Below are positions 13,777-26,652 of a DNA stretch of 64,000 nucleotides, in pieces. The DNA is from the human T2T-CHM13v2.0 reference genome, Homo sapiens. Positions within the stretch are counted from its first letter, which is position 1. Every line of letters begins with the position of its first letter. The position numbers and the translations under genes were made by a program. The notes below the pieces were generated by a model. It was not told the origin of the DNA, did not search any database, and saw only the letters and a list, made by a program, of their open reading frames with translations. The DNA lies in assembly GCF_009914755.1 (NCBI RefSeq), contig NC_060944.1; one strand, written 5' to 3'.

Positions 13777-14339
13777 TGAGACTGGATTGTTTATAAGGAA
13801 AAGAAATGTAGTCTCACAGTCTGGATGCTGGGAAATTTAAGGTCAAGTTGCCAGCATCTAGCGTCCTGCTTCTTGCTGAATCTTCCTTCATTCATATGGT
13901 GGCAGGCAGAAGAAGAAAAGAGGAAGTCTGTGTCCTCACATGACAGAAAAACAGAAGAGTGAGAACCCACTCCCACTCCTGCAAGCCTTTTTAATAGCGG
14001 CATTGACCTATTCGTGAGGGCAGAGCCTTCATGACCTAAAAACCTCCCATTAGGCCCCACCTCCCAGCACTGTTGCATTGGGGATTAAGTTTCCAATACA
14101 TGAATTTCAGGGGACATATTTAGACCACAGCAGCATGTGTATGGTGGAAATAATATATACTAATGTGGCGCTGCACATCTCATTCCAATTCCACATTCAG
14201 TGGCATCATGTTGGTGGTTTGAAATCTGTTGTGTGAGGAACATTTACACTATAAAAATTGGAAGACTCTATAAACCAGGTTTTCCCCAGAGCCAGGAGTT
14301 AGACATTTATGAGACTACCTACATGGAAGAGAGTTGTGA

Positions 14340-14658
14340 GAGAGAAGGAAGTAAGGGAGGGAGGGAGGGAGAGAGAGAGGGAGAGAGAGAGAGAAAGAAA
14401 AGAGAAAAGAAAAGAAAGAAAGATGAGAGGGGAGGGGAGGGGGAGAGAGAGAGGGAAAGAAGAAAGAAGGGAAAGAAAAAGAAAGAGAGAAAGAGAAAAA
14501 GGAAAGAAAGAAGAGAGGGAAGGAGAGCGGGTGAGAGAGAGGGAAAGAAAGAGGAAAGAAGGAAGGAGGGAAGGAGAGAGAGAAGGAGAAAGAGAGGGAA
14601 GGAAGGAAGGAAGGAAGGAAGGGAGGGAAAGAAAAGAAAAGAGAAAAGAAAAGAAAAA
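14340..14658. repeat. about 320-bp purine-rich low-complexity tract (GGGA/GA/GAAA/GGAA)
   Basis: direct inspection. Confidence 0.92.
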
Positions 14659-14878
14659 TATTGCCCTAGTGGCTTTTTTAAATACCTTCTCAATATTTTT
14701 TCAAAATCTTTTTGGGGAGTAAGTATTATAATAAAGGCCTTTTTGAAAAAGAAAATGTTCAGGATTTCTTAAGTCCAGAAACTCTTTTATCTTGAACTAA
14801 ATTAGCTCAAGTAAAATCTGAATTGGTGGTAACAATTACGTATCAGTCCCTCTTTTACTTTACTACCCATTGTTAAGC

Positions 14879-15206
14879 CAATGCTGTCCAATAGAGATAT
14901 AATATAGTCCACATATGTACTTTTAAATCTCCTAGTAGCTAAATTAAAAACAAAGTAACAACAAACAGGATAAGTTAATTTTAGTAATGTATCTTATTTA
15001 ACCCAAATTTTCCAAAATTATTATTTCACTATATAATCAATATTAAAATGTTACTAAAGTGTGTTTTTTTTGTTTTTTGTTTTTTTTGGTAATGTGTCTT
15101 TTCTAATTTGGCATGTATTTTACATTCACCTCACATCTCAATCAGACTAGACACACTTCAAGTGCTCAATAGGCCATGTGGCTAGTGGCTGCCCTACTGG
15201 ACAGTA
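14879..15206 (+). mobile_element. MER33 (hAT-Charlie), near full length
   Basis: caatgctgtccaatagagatataat...ttcaagtgctcaataggccatgtggctagtggctgccctactggacag. Confidence 0.88.
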
Positions 15207-15569
15207 TATGTCTATATTCCCAGTGAAGAAGAGGCTGGGCCACAGCCATGGTCATTGCCCATGGAGACTTGCCCACTCTCAGTGCGCACAGACAGAATAC
15301 ATTGAGGTTATCTCACATTAGTGCTAGATGGGCCATGGAGTTCAGATTATCCCATTCTTAATTTGTAGATGTGGGGATGATTACATTTCCGGGAGGTGGT
15401 TGTCTTGTCCTAAGTCATACATTGGTATGCTCAATGGTTTCAACTGCATCCAAACTTTGGTTTCTGAACTGTGTAGTGCTTAAGGACCTGATGCATGAAT
15501 CAAACTTTCAGCTATCGTATCTCCAAGGCTTCCTCATCTATTGGCTGAATAACTGGGCTAATTGTTAAA

Positions 15570-15713
15570 TTTCTTGGTGCCTCAATTTCCTCATATATAA
15601 AATGAGAAAGAGTATAGTATCTACCTAACTGAGGTGTCCATATGATGATGTTCATTTCAAATACATTACAAAATGCTTAGAATAAAGCACAGAGTAAGTG
15701 TTCAATAAATGTT
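15570..15713 (+). mobile_element. MIR SINE
   Basis: gtgcctcaatttcctcatatataaaatgag...aaaatgcttagaat...gtaagtgttcaataaatgtt. Confidence 0.8.
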
Positions 15714-15716
15714 TGT

Positions 15717-16850
15717 TTGCTTTTGCACAGCAAAGGAAACAATCAACAAAGTGAAGGGACAACACACAGAATGGGACAAAATATTTGCAAACTCCCTATC
15801 TGACAAGGGATTAACAACCAGAATAAGGAGCTCAAACAACTCTATAGGAAAAACTCTAATCTGATTAAAAGTGAACAAAAGATTTAATACATATTTCTCA
15901 AAAGAAGACATACAAATGGCAAACAGCATATGAAAAGATGCTTAGCATCATTGATCATCAGAGAAATGCAAATCAGAACTATAATGAGATATTGTCTCAT
16001 TTCAGTTAAAATGGCTTTTATCCAAAGGATAGGCAATAACAAATGCTGGTGAGGATGTGGAGAAAAGGGAATTCTCATACACTGTTGGTAGTAATATAAA
16101 TTAGTACAGCCACTACGGAGAAGAGTTTGGAATTCCTCAAAAAACTTAACATAGAAGTACAATATGGCCCAGCAATCCTGTTGCTGGGTATATACCACCC
16201 AAAAAGGAAATCAATATATCAAACAGATATCTGCATGCCCATGTTTGTTGCAGCACTATTCACAATAGTTAAGATTTCAAAGCAAACTAAATGTCCATCA
16301 ATAGATGAATAAATAAAAAAAAATGTGGTACATATACACACGGGAGTACTAATCAACCATGAACAAAGTAAGATCCCGTCACTTGCAACAACGGGGAAGA
16401 AACTGGAGGTCATTATGTTAAGTGAAATAAATCAGGCACAGAAAGGCAAACTTCACATGATCTCACTTACTTGTGGGAGCTAAAATAAAAACAATAAACT
16501 CATGGAGATAGAGACTAGAAGGATGGTCACCGGAGGCTGGGAAAGGTAGAAGGAGAGGGGTGAAAGTGATAATGGTTAATGGGTATAAAAAAATAGAAAG
16601 AATGAATAAGACCTAGCATTCGATAACACAGCAGGTTGGCTATAATCAATAATCATTTAATTGTGCATTTTATAATAACTAAGTATAACTGGATTGTTTG
16701 TAACACAAAAGATAAATGCTTGAGGAGGAGACAGGTACCCCATATTTCATGATGTGATTATTATGCATTGCATGCTTGTATCAAAGTATCTCATGTATCC
16801 CACAAATATATACACCTATAATGTACTGATAAAAATTAAAAATAAAAACA
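15717..16850 (+). mobile_element. 5'-truncated L1MA (L1MA1-4-like): ORF2 C-terminus and 3' UTR
   Basis: gcacagcaaaggaaacaatcaac...tgttaagtgaaataaatcaggcacagaaag...catgatgtgattattatgcattgcatg...A-rich end; ORF 16127-16312 resembles the L1 ORF2 C-terminus. Confidence 0.92.
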
Positions 16851-17904
16851 TTTAAAAGTTCACTTGTATTGCTATAATATAAAGCAAACATTTAATGGTT
16901 TGAATGAAGAGAATACTAGTGACAGGAGTAAAGGGGATACTATTGAACAGTTCTCAACCTGAAAGTCCAAATTGCTTTATAATTACTTGTATAAACATTC
17001 GTATAAGAATGTAAAAGTTATGTGTCAGATTGCTATTTCTTGAGTATTTAGATAAGAGTTTTGCTTTCTGTTTAAAAGAGTTATCTCCTGCTGTCATTAT
17101 TCTTACTGAAGTGGTAACTTTGTTTATATTTCTAATGAGACTTAATGCTGATTCATAATGATGTCAATTTATTTAAACTTATTTGAATTTCTAAAATTTG
17201 GAATTCTAAAAGATTTTGGAAGTAGGCTGCCACTACTCCCTCCATCCCACCTTCCAAGTACCCGTGAGATGCATGCATTAAAACTCAATTTCCACTCTAC
17301 ATTGACAAGAGAATTTGAAAAGAAAATTGTTAGACAAATATATGTATACATATATACATATACACACACACACACAGATTTATAACATTCGTTCATGTTT
17401 ACTGAAGGTTTTTAGGATTTAGTAACTAACTTATGCTTCTCAAGGCAATTTTCATGCTGCTTTGTAGTGTCCACGTGGACCATTCTTTATTTGATCAACA
17501 CAAGCTTTGGCATGCTTTAAAGGAGCAGTAGTTAAGGCAGTTATGCTGGAATTTCTTTAGAAGTGGAGATGGCGTTTTCGTTACCCAGACGGGTGTTATA
17601 ATTAATGAGAACAAATACCACTGGGGTAAAATTATGATGAGACTAAAATTTTAAATTCTGTTGGCATTTTAATATTAATATAATTTTTCTCCTAATGTGT
17701 ATTTCACACATGGCCAGGGAATTATTGAAAACATTATTTAATTTAATCAAAAATATTTAATTCCTAAAGTACATTCAGGAGTGCTCATGGTGCACTTAGA
17801 GAATACTTTTTGAAATTTCTATAATGCAGTCTTTACATTACATACCTTTAAATGTCTGGGTGATACTAGCCATGAGAAAGTAGGTTAACAATATAAAATA
17901 ATGA

Positions 17905-18203
<299 letters not shown>

Positions 18204-18269
18204 GGAAAAGAAAAGAGTGGTGAAAAGAGTGGTTATGTCTTCAAATGAATGTGTAGCTTTTCTGGATAG

Positions 18270-18839
<570 letters not shown>

Positions 18840-18840
18840 G

Positions 18841-19030
18841 TTCTTTTCTTTTCTCTTTTATTTTGTTTTCCTTTCTTTTCTTTCCTCTTTTATTTTGTTT
18901 TCCTTTCTTTTCTGTTCTCTCTCTCTCTCCTTCCCCCCCTCCCTCCCTCCTTTCCTTCCTTCCTTCCTTCCTTCCTTCCTTCCTTCCTTCCTTCCTTCCT
19001 TCCTTTTGTTCTTTCTTTCACTCTTCCTTT
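18841..19030. repeat. pyrimidine tract containing perfect (TTCC)13 at 18952-19003
   Basis: direct count. Confidence 0.9.
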
Positions 19031-19032
19031 TC

Positions 19033-19558
19033 AGTTAAATCTTACTGGGTAACAAACCAACCTAAAACTTACTGGCCAAAAATGGCAACCATTTTATTTA
19101 CTCACATGTCTGTGGATCATCACTGTAATTCTTCTGGTCTGAACCAGCTTTGCTTATCGCTTCAAAGTTCTCTCATGGCCTATAGTCAGTTGGCAAGTCT
19201 GCTCTCAACAGGTTGATTAAGGATAACTTCATTCAGATCACTGGTGGTTGGAAGGCTGGTTAGTCTTTATGAGCTTCTGTTGTGGCAGTTTGTGTTTCTT
19301 CCATGTGGTTTCTCAATCTTTAGCAGGCTCACTTGGGTTTCTTCATACAATGGTCTAAGAACTCCAGAGAACATGTACTTATCCACTTCTCAAGAATCCA
19401 CTTGAATCCCATTTCCTAATGTCTCATTGATCAAAACAATTTTTATATGACCAAGCCCAGAGCCATTGTGTGAGAGGATTACCTCAGGGTATGGATACAG
19501 GGAGGAGAATTATCACAGATGACAAATTATTATGTTTTCGCAAATGGACTATTCCATA
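19033..19558 (-). mobile_element. MLT1 (G/H-like) MaLR LTR
   Basis: ctgggtaacaaaccaacctaaaactt...ccatgtggtttctcaatctttagcaggct...ccaagcccagagcc...ggtatggatacagggagg. Confidence 0.75.
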
Positions 19559-20156
19559 TAACATGAAGCTTCCTTGTTTGAAGTCACTGATATTTTGAGT
19601 TCTTTGCTAGTGCATCATGACCTAATCTGTTGTGACTGTTGCAACACCTGAATCAATAACTAGGCTGCTAAGCCAACAAAAATGAGCTCAGTCATTTTTG
19701 TTTGATATAGCTACTGATTTTCCAGAAGCAAGAACACTATTTCCTTTTCTTTTATGCACACATCTCCTTTACATATGTCTTCATAGACTGAAACTCTCAG
19801 AAGATAGCATTTAATAACACAGGAAGTTTGTGAGAGGTGCCTGGTACGGAAGAGAGTGAGAAGTTGTGATAGAAGAAGCCAAGCTGCTGTGATGACAGCT
19901 GAGACTCTGACTGCAGAAAATGAGAGAAGTCTTGGATTTTCATGTATGTCACTCATTTGATATTGTAGAAAAACAGGCATCAGAGTGACTAAAAAATCTC
20001 TCCTCAGTTCAGCAGTCACAGAATTTTCTGGGAATCTGGACAAGCAACGTCTCACAAAGCACTAAGAAGAAATTTTAGCTACAAACCAAGTGAACAGCAA
20101 ATAGCTAAGATAATGTGATAGCCAACATACTCAGATTCTTAGAAGATATTGAGTTA

Positions 20157-20282
20157 GGCTGAGTAGTAGTCCATCGTATGTATATACCACAATTTCTTTA
20201 TCCACTCATTGACTAAAGGACATTTGGGCTGGTTCCACATTTTTCAATTGTGAATTGTGCTCCTATAAACATGCATGTGCAA
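20157..20282 (-). mobile_element. isolated internal L1PB-like fragment (ORF2 3' region), no poly-A
   Basis: ggctgagtagtagtccatcgtatgtatataccacaatttctttatccactcattg...gaattgtgctcctataaacatgcatgtgcaa. Confidence 0.85.
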
Positions 20283-21329
20283 TGTAGTACACGTTGCTTT
20301 CAAATGTGTGACATGGATCATGAGAAACCTTCAGATAAATAGAACATTGTCTCAAATTCCTAGTCAAAGAGCAAAACTGATTTGCTACAGAAAACTGGAA
20401 AATTTTAGAAAGCATTGTTTCTTCTTAAAAAGGACTAAAAATATGACTTCTAAGAATGAAGAGTTAAAAATAATGAATGGAAGACAAATGAAGAGATAAC
20501 AAGGGAGGCTTGGAGAGGAGGGACGAGGGAGCTGGATGTGTGGAGGTTGATGGACAGGCTGCAGCTGTTAGCAAGATGATGAGTAAAAGTGAGCTGGTAG
20601 ATCTTTCCCCCTGAAACGCTACTTGGAGTAAGAAGTGCCTCGATCTGGCACTAAGACAAACACTCCCAGAAACAGATGCATCTCAGAGTGGGTAGGAAAC
20701 AGACCCGAGAGAAAGCAATCAGAATGAGAGAGGGAATTCTATGGTACACTTTCCTCTTACCCCATTACCTGAATGAGTCATTTCCTGCCATGTCACTCTA
20801 CAAGGAGGTGGCATCATCAGTGAAGGCCCAGGCTGGATGTCAGGCATCAGTATCGGACTTAGACAGGGCTAAAGGGAGAGATGGCGATACCAAGCTCAAT
20901 CAGATCTACAGCCCCCGAGAATTCTCTCCTCCCACCCCCTGTCCCTCACACCTGGGTGACAGGTGTTTACCAGGAGCATGGAAATGAGATCCATGCTCTG
21001 GGAAGAGGTATAGGAAGGTTATCTGGTGGTGAGGTGGCAAATAGAGAGTTGTCCCTCTCAGAGTTTCAGGATTATTTTTTTTTTTTAGATGCAGCCACCT
21101 AATCTATTCTCTAAAATCCCCCAGAGGGGTACAGGCTGGGACCTGCTCTTATCTCTTCACACAGGCACACTTTGTGGATACTCCCCGGGAAAACACTACA
21201 GAAGAGGAGAACATATGTGTATATGTACATTGATATTTATATTTCAGTATAAGTATACACTTAAATATATGTGCACTTATACACACATATGTATATGTAA
21301 AAATACTGTATATATAAAAACAGAAAAGC

Positions 21330-21980
21330 AAAACTCCTGGATAGATTATATTGTACAAAATTGAATTAATATTTCAGAATCGAATTTTAAATGTTAAATG
21401 AATATATTCAAAGTGATATGGCAAGGCTTAGTAAAATGGAACAGAACTAAGCAGTAATAAAGACAATTCAACTGTAAATATGAGTTACGAAAAACAGAAG
21501 AGTTGTGCTAAAGCAGCAGTTCCTAAAATGTAATCCCAGGAGCTACAACATTGGCATCACCTGCAAACTTGTTAGAAATCCACACTCTTGCACCCACCCC
21601 AGATCTACTGAATCTGAAACTCCTGGACTGGAATCCAGGCATCTGTATTTTAGGGTATATTCCAAGGGGATTCTGAGGCACTCAAGTTTGAAAACCACTG
21701 CTGTAGAAAACCAAACTGATTGATTGGGTTGAACTAAAAAATGGTTAGAGATAAAGAGTGATTCACTGAGCTGGAAGATAGTACTGAAAAACCTATCCAA
21801 AGGCATTAGGAATAGACAAGGAGATGAAAGTATTTATGTCAATGTTAACAGGCATGATGGATAAAGTAGAAGGGTCAACATCCATATAATAGGACATCAA
21901 AAAAGAGGAAGAAAATAATGAAGGGAGGGAAATAGCCAAAGATCTGTTGACCAAGGACTTTCCAGAATTTAGAAAAGATC
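21330..21980 (+). mobile_element. ancient L1/HAL1 ORF1 remnant interrupted by MER5A
   Basis: manual translation gives FTELEDSTEKPIQ, NIHIIG and EEENNEGREIAKDLLTKDFPEFRKD, matching the L1 ORF1 motifs ISELED, NI.IIG and ENFP.L. Confidence 0.7.
21514..21700 (+). mobile_element. MER5A
   Basis: ggcatcacctgcaaacttgttagaaat...ccccagatctactgaatctgaaact...aagtttgaaaaccactg. Confidence 0.88.
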
Positions 21981-21984
21981 AGGG

Positions 21985-22113
21985 TATTTCACATAAATGT
22001 CTATATTTCTGTCTTTCTCTTGATAAATTAGAAGATCTGGCAACACTGGCCCACATTGTCATATAGTAGTTTACCCAAGCTGACTAGCAGCTACTGCCTT
22101 GAAATTAGGCATT
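21985..22113 (-). mobile_element. MER102-like fragment (hAT-Charlie)
   Basis: tttctcttgataaattagaagatctggcaacactggcccacatt...gctgactagcagct. Confidence 0.6.
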
Positions 22114-22114
22114 G

Positions 22115-22545
22115 AGAGGATGAGCATGTGGGCTGTGGTCACAGACTGGCTGGGATTCTACCCAAGCTGCACCACTTACTAACTGTGTAACTTGAGGCGA
22201 CCTTTTGACCCTCAATTTTCTCATCTAGGCAGAGGGGATAAAAAGATGCTTGTCTTATAGTTGTTTCAAAGATTAAATGAATTAACATATACTCAACATA
22301 GTGTTTACAATGCCAATGATTACTTTTACTTGTCATAGGCCCCACAACTCACTATACGATTCCTGCTCTTTTCCTATATAACCTTGGTTGGTTATGACTT
22401 TGGTTTCTTTGTTAACAGCTCTGAGCCTCAGTTTACTCTTCAGAAAAATGAGATAATAAACTACCCCAACCTCCCATATATAGAGAAGTGAAATAATGTT
22501 TGTGGACATGATTTACATAAAATGGGAACTCAGTAAATGCTTGAA
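22115..22545 (+). mobile_element. two MIR fragments (about 22115-22310 and 22400-22545)
   Basis: ccacttactaactgtgtaacttgaggc...gattaaatgaattaac; ctctgagcctcagtttactc...ctcagtaaatgc. Confidence 0.75.
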
Positions 22546-22595
22546 TTTTTAAAATTTAGTCACCCATCTTCACATTCTGTACAATAATTAGCACA

Positions 22596-23021
22596 GAATG
22601 ATGTGTTGCAGCCAGCCTACAGTGGTGCAAGAGAGGCAATTGCTAAAATTTAAGAAATTTTGAGGATTGATTGTTAAACGCAGCTATCCTTAAAAATTGA
22701 ATCATCTAATCTTACAATTAAATAAATTATAAAAACAAAGAGTAAATTCTCAAAAATTCATCTCTTCTTAGTTTTGTACTATATTTTACCAGAATCTATA
22801 CTGTTGAGATTAGGTCTATTGTATCTATATAATAGAAATACTATGTGATGGTGTCCTATTAAGCATCTCTTCCCAACTTCTGGTCGAGTCACATTGTCTT
22901 GGTGGGTTGAAATTGGCCATGGTAGAAGAATTTATCCTGTGGAATTTGAAGTGGCAAACACTTCAAATCAGAGTTTTATTTCCTCTTGAACAAGTTGAAA
23001 ATATTTACCAGAATAGCATTG
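22596..23021 (+). mobile_element. MER63B-like hAT-Blackjack element
   Basis: cttacaattaaataaattat...catctcttcccaact...ttgaaattggccatggt...atatttaccagaatagcattg. Confidence 0.8.
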
Positions 23022-23499
23022 TTAATATCCATAAAAATTGTTTGGAAAATAAAGACACATAAAATTATGTTTATTACCAGAGGACCTCAAAACACTGTGA
23101 AGTACTCACAGTGACCATAAAAAAGATGACTCCATTATAGTATTAATTTTCCCTGAAATTTACAGGCTAGGTATAACATTAAACATTTAATATATTTATC
23201 CTTAAAATGGCAAAGTTATATATGTCCTAGAACTCTATGAAATACGCTACACAAACATGTTTTTCTTCACCTATAATTGACCCACTGCAAGAGGCATTCC
23301 ATTTACCATGCTTGAACAAAGATTTGTCTTTATAGTAACAGCTATGATCCTAAAGTTGGACTAAGTTCTTTATGCACATTGACACAATTCTCACAACATC
23401 CTTATAAGGAAAGCACTATTATTTCCCCTAAAGATATTAAAAAGTGATAGCACAGGTAAGTCACTCTGAACATAGAAATACAAGGGGAATTTAAAGGTT

Positions 23500-23940
23500 T
23501 GCTTATTGTTATGTAAAACCCACCCAAAACTTGGTGGGTTAAAAATCAACATTTGTTTCTCATACTTCTGGTCATTGGCTGGGCTTATCTCTTGTAGTTC
23601 TTCTGCTCCATATGGCATCACCTAGAGTCACTCATGCAAATAAATTCAGCTATGGGTTTTGCTTGGACTAGAACATCCAAGATGGCTTCACTTACATTTC
23701 CACGTGGCTTCATTCAGCTGGGGTGGCCAGAACAACTAGGGCTGAGTGCACCTTTCTCATTCCACATGGTTTCTCCAGGCTTATTTACATGGCTGCTGTA
23801 AAGTAAAGCCACCAGAAAGGTGAAAAGGGGTGAAACAGAAAGCTGTCAGGATTCTTAAGTACCAGACCATTCATGTAGCACATTCAATTGGTCAAAGCAT
23901 ACTACAAGGCCAGCCCAGATTCAGTAGGAAAGGAAATGGC
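23500..23940 (-). mobile_element. MLT1H-like MaLR LTR
   Basis: cacccaaaacttggtgggttaaaa...catccaagatggcttcacttaca...attggtcaaagca...caaggccagcccagattc. Confidence 0.78.
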
Positions 23941-25083
23941 AGCTGTTCCATCCTGCCCTGGAAAGATCATGTCTCACTTCACCCACGTTTTATTTATGTA
24001 AACCCAATTATGCAGCCCCTTCTTGGTGAGAGAAGCAATGATCATATATAGAGCCCCAAAGACCTATAGGGATCATCTGTAACTGATAACTTTATAATTG
24101 TGGAGTTCCTTAATGTTTAAAGTTGGATTTTCTGTTACATGCAACTGAAGCATTCCCAATGATGAAGATTATGTGGAAAAACAAGACTATAGAAAAGCAA
24201 ATAAAAACTGCTCATATCAGATATGTGTGGTGTATACTTTATGTAAGACATGGGGGAAAAGGCTGTCTGCTAAACAATCCTTTGGGTAGCTTTTGCTTTT
24301 TTGGTGAAAGCACCACAGTCTAGAGTGTAGAACTCAACTTTGCAAACTAAGAAACTGAAGTTGCTAATTCATTGAGGGCAATTCCATCTTTCAGCGCTAA
24401 AGATTGTTATTCCAACTCATAAAATGGCATAAAAATAAAATGCCAATTACAATTTATAATGAATACTATAAATATTGAGGAGACAGGAACTTTGAGGTAA
24501 TCATGACCTGTACATTCTGGAATCAGAACAAGAGGAACTGGATGAATTAAATATTTAACGACAGCTAAAATAGCCTGATTCATCTACATTACAGTGAGAA
24601 TGGTTTTGTCAAAAGGACGGGACCACCAAAAGTCCATTGGCTAGCCACTTCCCGCATCCACTTTTATGTAAAGGATATTCTTGCTTGTGGGAGGGGATAT
24701 ACCCAAAGATGACTGATCATGTCCTTCTCTTCCCTGGAAGGTGCTGAGCAGAGATGATGGTCTCTGTTTCTCTTTTCTTTCTCTTTTCCATGACTGATTA
24801 AACCCTTCTGTAAAAACCATTCAGTTGGCATGAGATTGTTTCCAAATACTTCTCTAAACAGAAATTCACCCCGATGAAGTTTTTAATCATCTATGGGAAA
24901 ATGAGAAAAATAAAGACACACATATACAAACCCCGACACACGTGTTTCACTTTGTTTGTGTAGGCATATCATACATCACCTTCTCCCCTTCAACAGTCAT
25001 CTTTCCTGAGTGTCTTTATATATCCACCCGTCAGTTGTTCCTTACTGTCTTGTCCAGCCCCTATATCCACATGAACTATGATG

Positions 25084-25215
25084 CAAGTAGATTGTGATTA
25101 GAGCCCCTTAGTTGGCTGCCTCTCCTTTTGCACAGATTATAATTGTTTCCAAGTAGATTGTGATTAGAGCCCCTTAGTTGGCTGCCTCTCCTTTTGCATA
25201 GATTTTAATTGTTTC
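25084..25215. repeat. 66-bp tandem duplication (2 copies, 2 mismatches)
   Basis: caagtagattgtgattagagccccttagttggctgcctctccttttgca(c/t)agatt(a/t)taattgtttc, twice. Confidence 0.95.
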
Positions 25216-25277
25216 CTTCTTGATCTGTTCTTTTATTCTCCATTCCACAAACATACAAAGTTGTAGCTGTATATCCA

Positions 25278-25585
25278 TGTATTAGGGAAGATGAGCTGCC
25301 AAACATTCCATCTCAAATCTCAGCAGCTTAACATAATAAAAATTTATTTCTCACTCATGTAAACTTCTGGGCAGCTCTGTTAGTTGGATCTCTTCCATGA
25401 GCTACCTCGGATACTCAGGCTTTTTCCATCTTGTAGCTCTGCCATCTTCAACACATGGCCTCTGAAACCACTACAGAAGGGGAAAATGAGGGAGAATCAT
25501 AAATGGCAGCTGTATTATTAGCTTGTCCTGGAAAGGTCATACTTCAGTTCACTCTAATAGCGAACTCTAATAGTCTGACCCAAAT
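25278..25585 (-). mobile_element. MLT1 (I/J-like) MaLR LTR
   Basis: caaatctcagcagcttaacataataaaaatttatttctcactcatg...ttccatcttgtagctctgccatcttcaacacatggc. Confidence 0.7.
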
Positions 25586-25833
25586 GAGTTTTCCTGAGGA
25601 TTTGAGATCTCTAAAAATAATAATAGATGAAGAAAGACACAAAATTTCACATTAAATATGATGTCTATGGGGCTCAAGAGAAAAGCTACTGGTGAATTAA
25701 ATTCCTTATGTGATCTCTCCTTAAGGATGTCTGTTTTACTTAACCTTACTTTCCTGATTTTAAATTGAGGCCTTTCTTCAAAATACTGCTTTTTCTAAAT
25801 TCTATTTTTATGCATTCTTCTTCATGATGACCT

Positions 25834-26652
25834 TGTGAGTGGAAAAACAACTCCAACTATTTTTTCTCTGCTCTCACACCAATCAACACAGAAGACATCT
25901 GTGACCAAATGTGTATGGGTTTTTCTCCACACACCAAGCAAGCAATCAATTCTGTAGCAGACGCCAACGGGGTATCCTCCAATTTAATTCTGACACTATC
26001 TACTTGAAGATAGCGTCAGAATCCACAGGTTGAGGGCTCAGTCTCACAAGGCTGCCCCTCCTTCAGATGATAGTCTCAAGTCTAGGCCTCTGAATGTCTG
26101 GCCCACCAGCTTCAAGTTGGGGTTCCACAATACCTCCCTTGGGTTTAATTAAATTGCTGGAGCAGCTCATAGAACTCAGTGAAACATCTACTTACATTTA
26201 CCAGTTTATTATAAAGGTATTACAAAGGACATAGAGATGCATAGAGTGGGGTATGGGAAAAGGGGCATAGAGCTTCATGGCACCCTCTAGGAATCTCTAT
26301 GTGTTCAGCTATCTGGAAGCTCCCCAAACCCTGTCCTTTTGTGCTTTTATGGAGGCTTCATTACATAGGCATATTTTATTTAACCATTGACCATTGGTCA
26401 GTGATGATCAACTTAACTTTCAGCCACTCTTCCCACCTCTCCCCAGAGTTTAGGGGTGGGGCTGAAAGTCCCAATCCTCTAACCCTGCCTTGTTATTCCT
26501 TGTTACCAGCCCCCATCCTGAAGCAACCTAGAGCCTGCCAGTCATCAGTCAACACACTAGCAAAAAACATCACCTTGGAGATTCCAAGGATTTTAGGAGT
26601 TGTATGCCAAGAAATTGGATCAAAGATCAAATATGTATTTTACAATATCACA
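25834..26652 (-). mobile_element. MER21 (B/C-like) solo LTR
   Basis: TG...CA termini, 5-bp TSD GACCT (25829-25833 and 26653-26657); internal aattctgacactatctac...ggttgagggctcagtc...ggagattccaaggattttaggag. Confidence 0.88.

Larger units (their letters stand above)
13067..14132 (-). mobile_element. MST (C/D-like) MaLR solo LTR interrupted by an Alu
   Basis: tgtcttactc...tgtgctgctattacagaaaacctgagactgg ... gagggcagagccttcatgacctaa...gcattggggattaagtttccaatacatgaattt...agaccacagca. Confidence 0.85.
12834..14322 (+). mobile_element. MER63B-like hAT-Blackjack element split by an MST LTR (pieces about 12834-13066 and 14133-14322)
   Basis: cagtgatgggctgaagccagc...aaattatattaaaaacaagg...ttacttctattgtgtc, resuming tgtatggtggaaataatata...gcacatctcattccaattcc. 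Confidence 0.8.

Noticed and set aside
13060-14772. Long ORFs of 109-190 aa rich in K/E/R or S/F/L/P
   Set aside because: They are translations of stop-free purine/pyrimidine microsatellites plus Alu sequence, with no evidence of coding function.
15702-16413. ORFs resembling a conserved protein C-terminus
   Set aside because: This is decayed L1 ORF2 with stops and frameshifts; the same applies at 32983-33310 and 56775-56960.
25084-25215. CRISPR-like or regularly spaced repeat array
   Set aside because: There are only two abutting copies with no spacer, in a primate genomic context.
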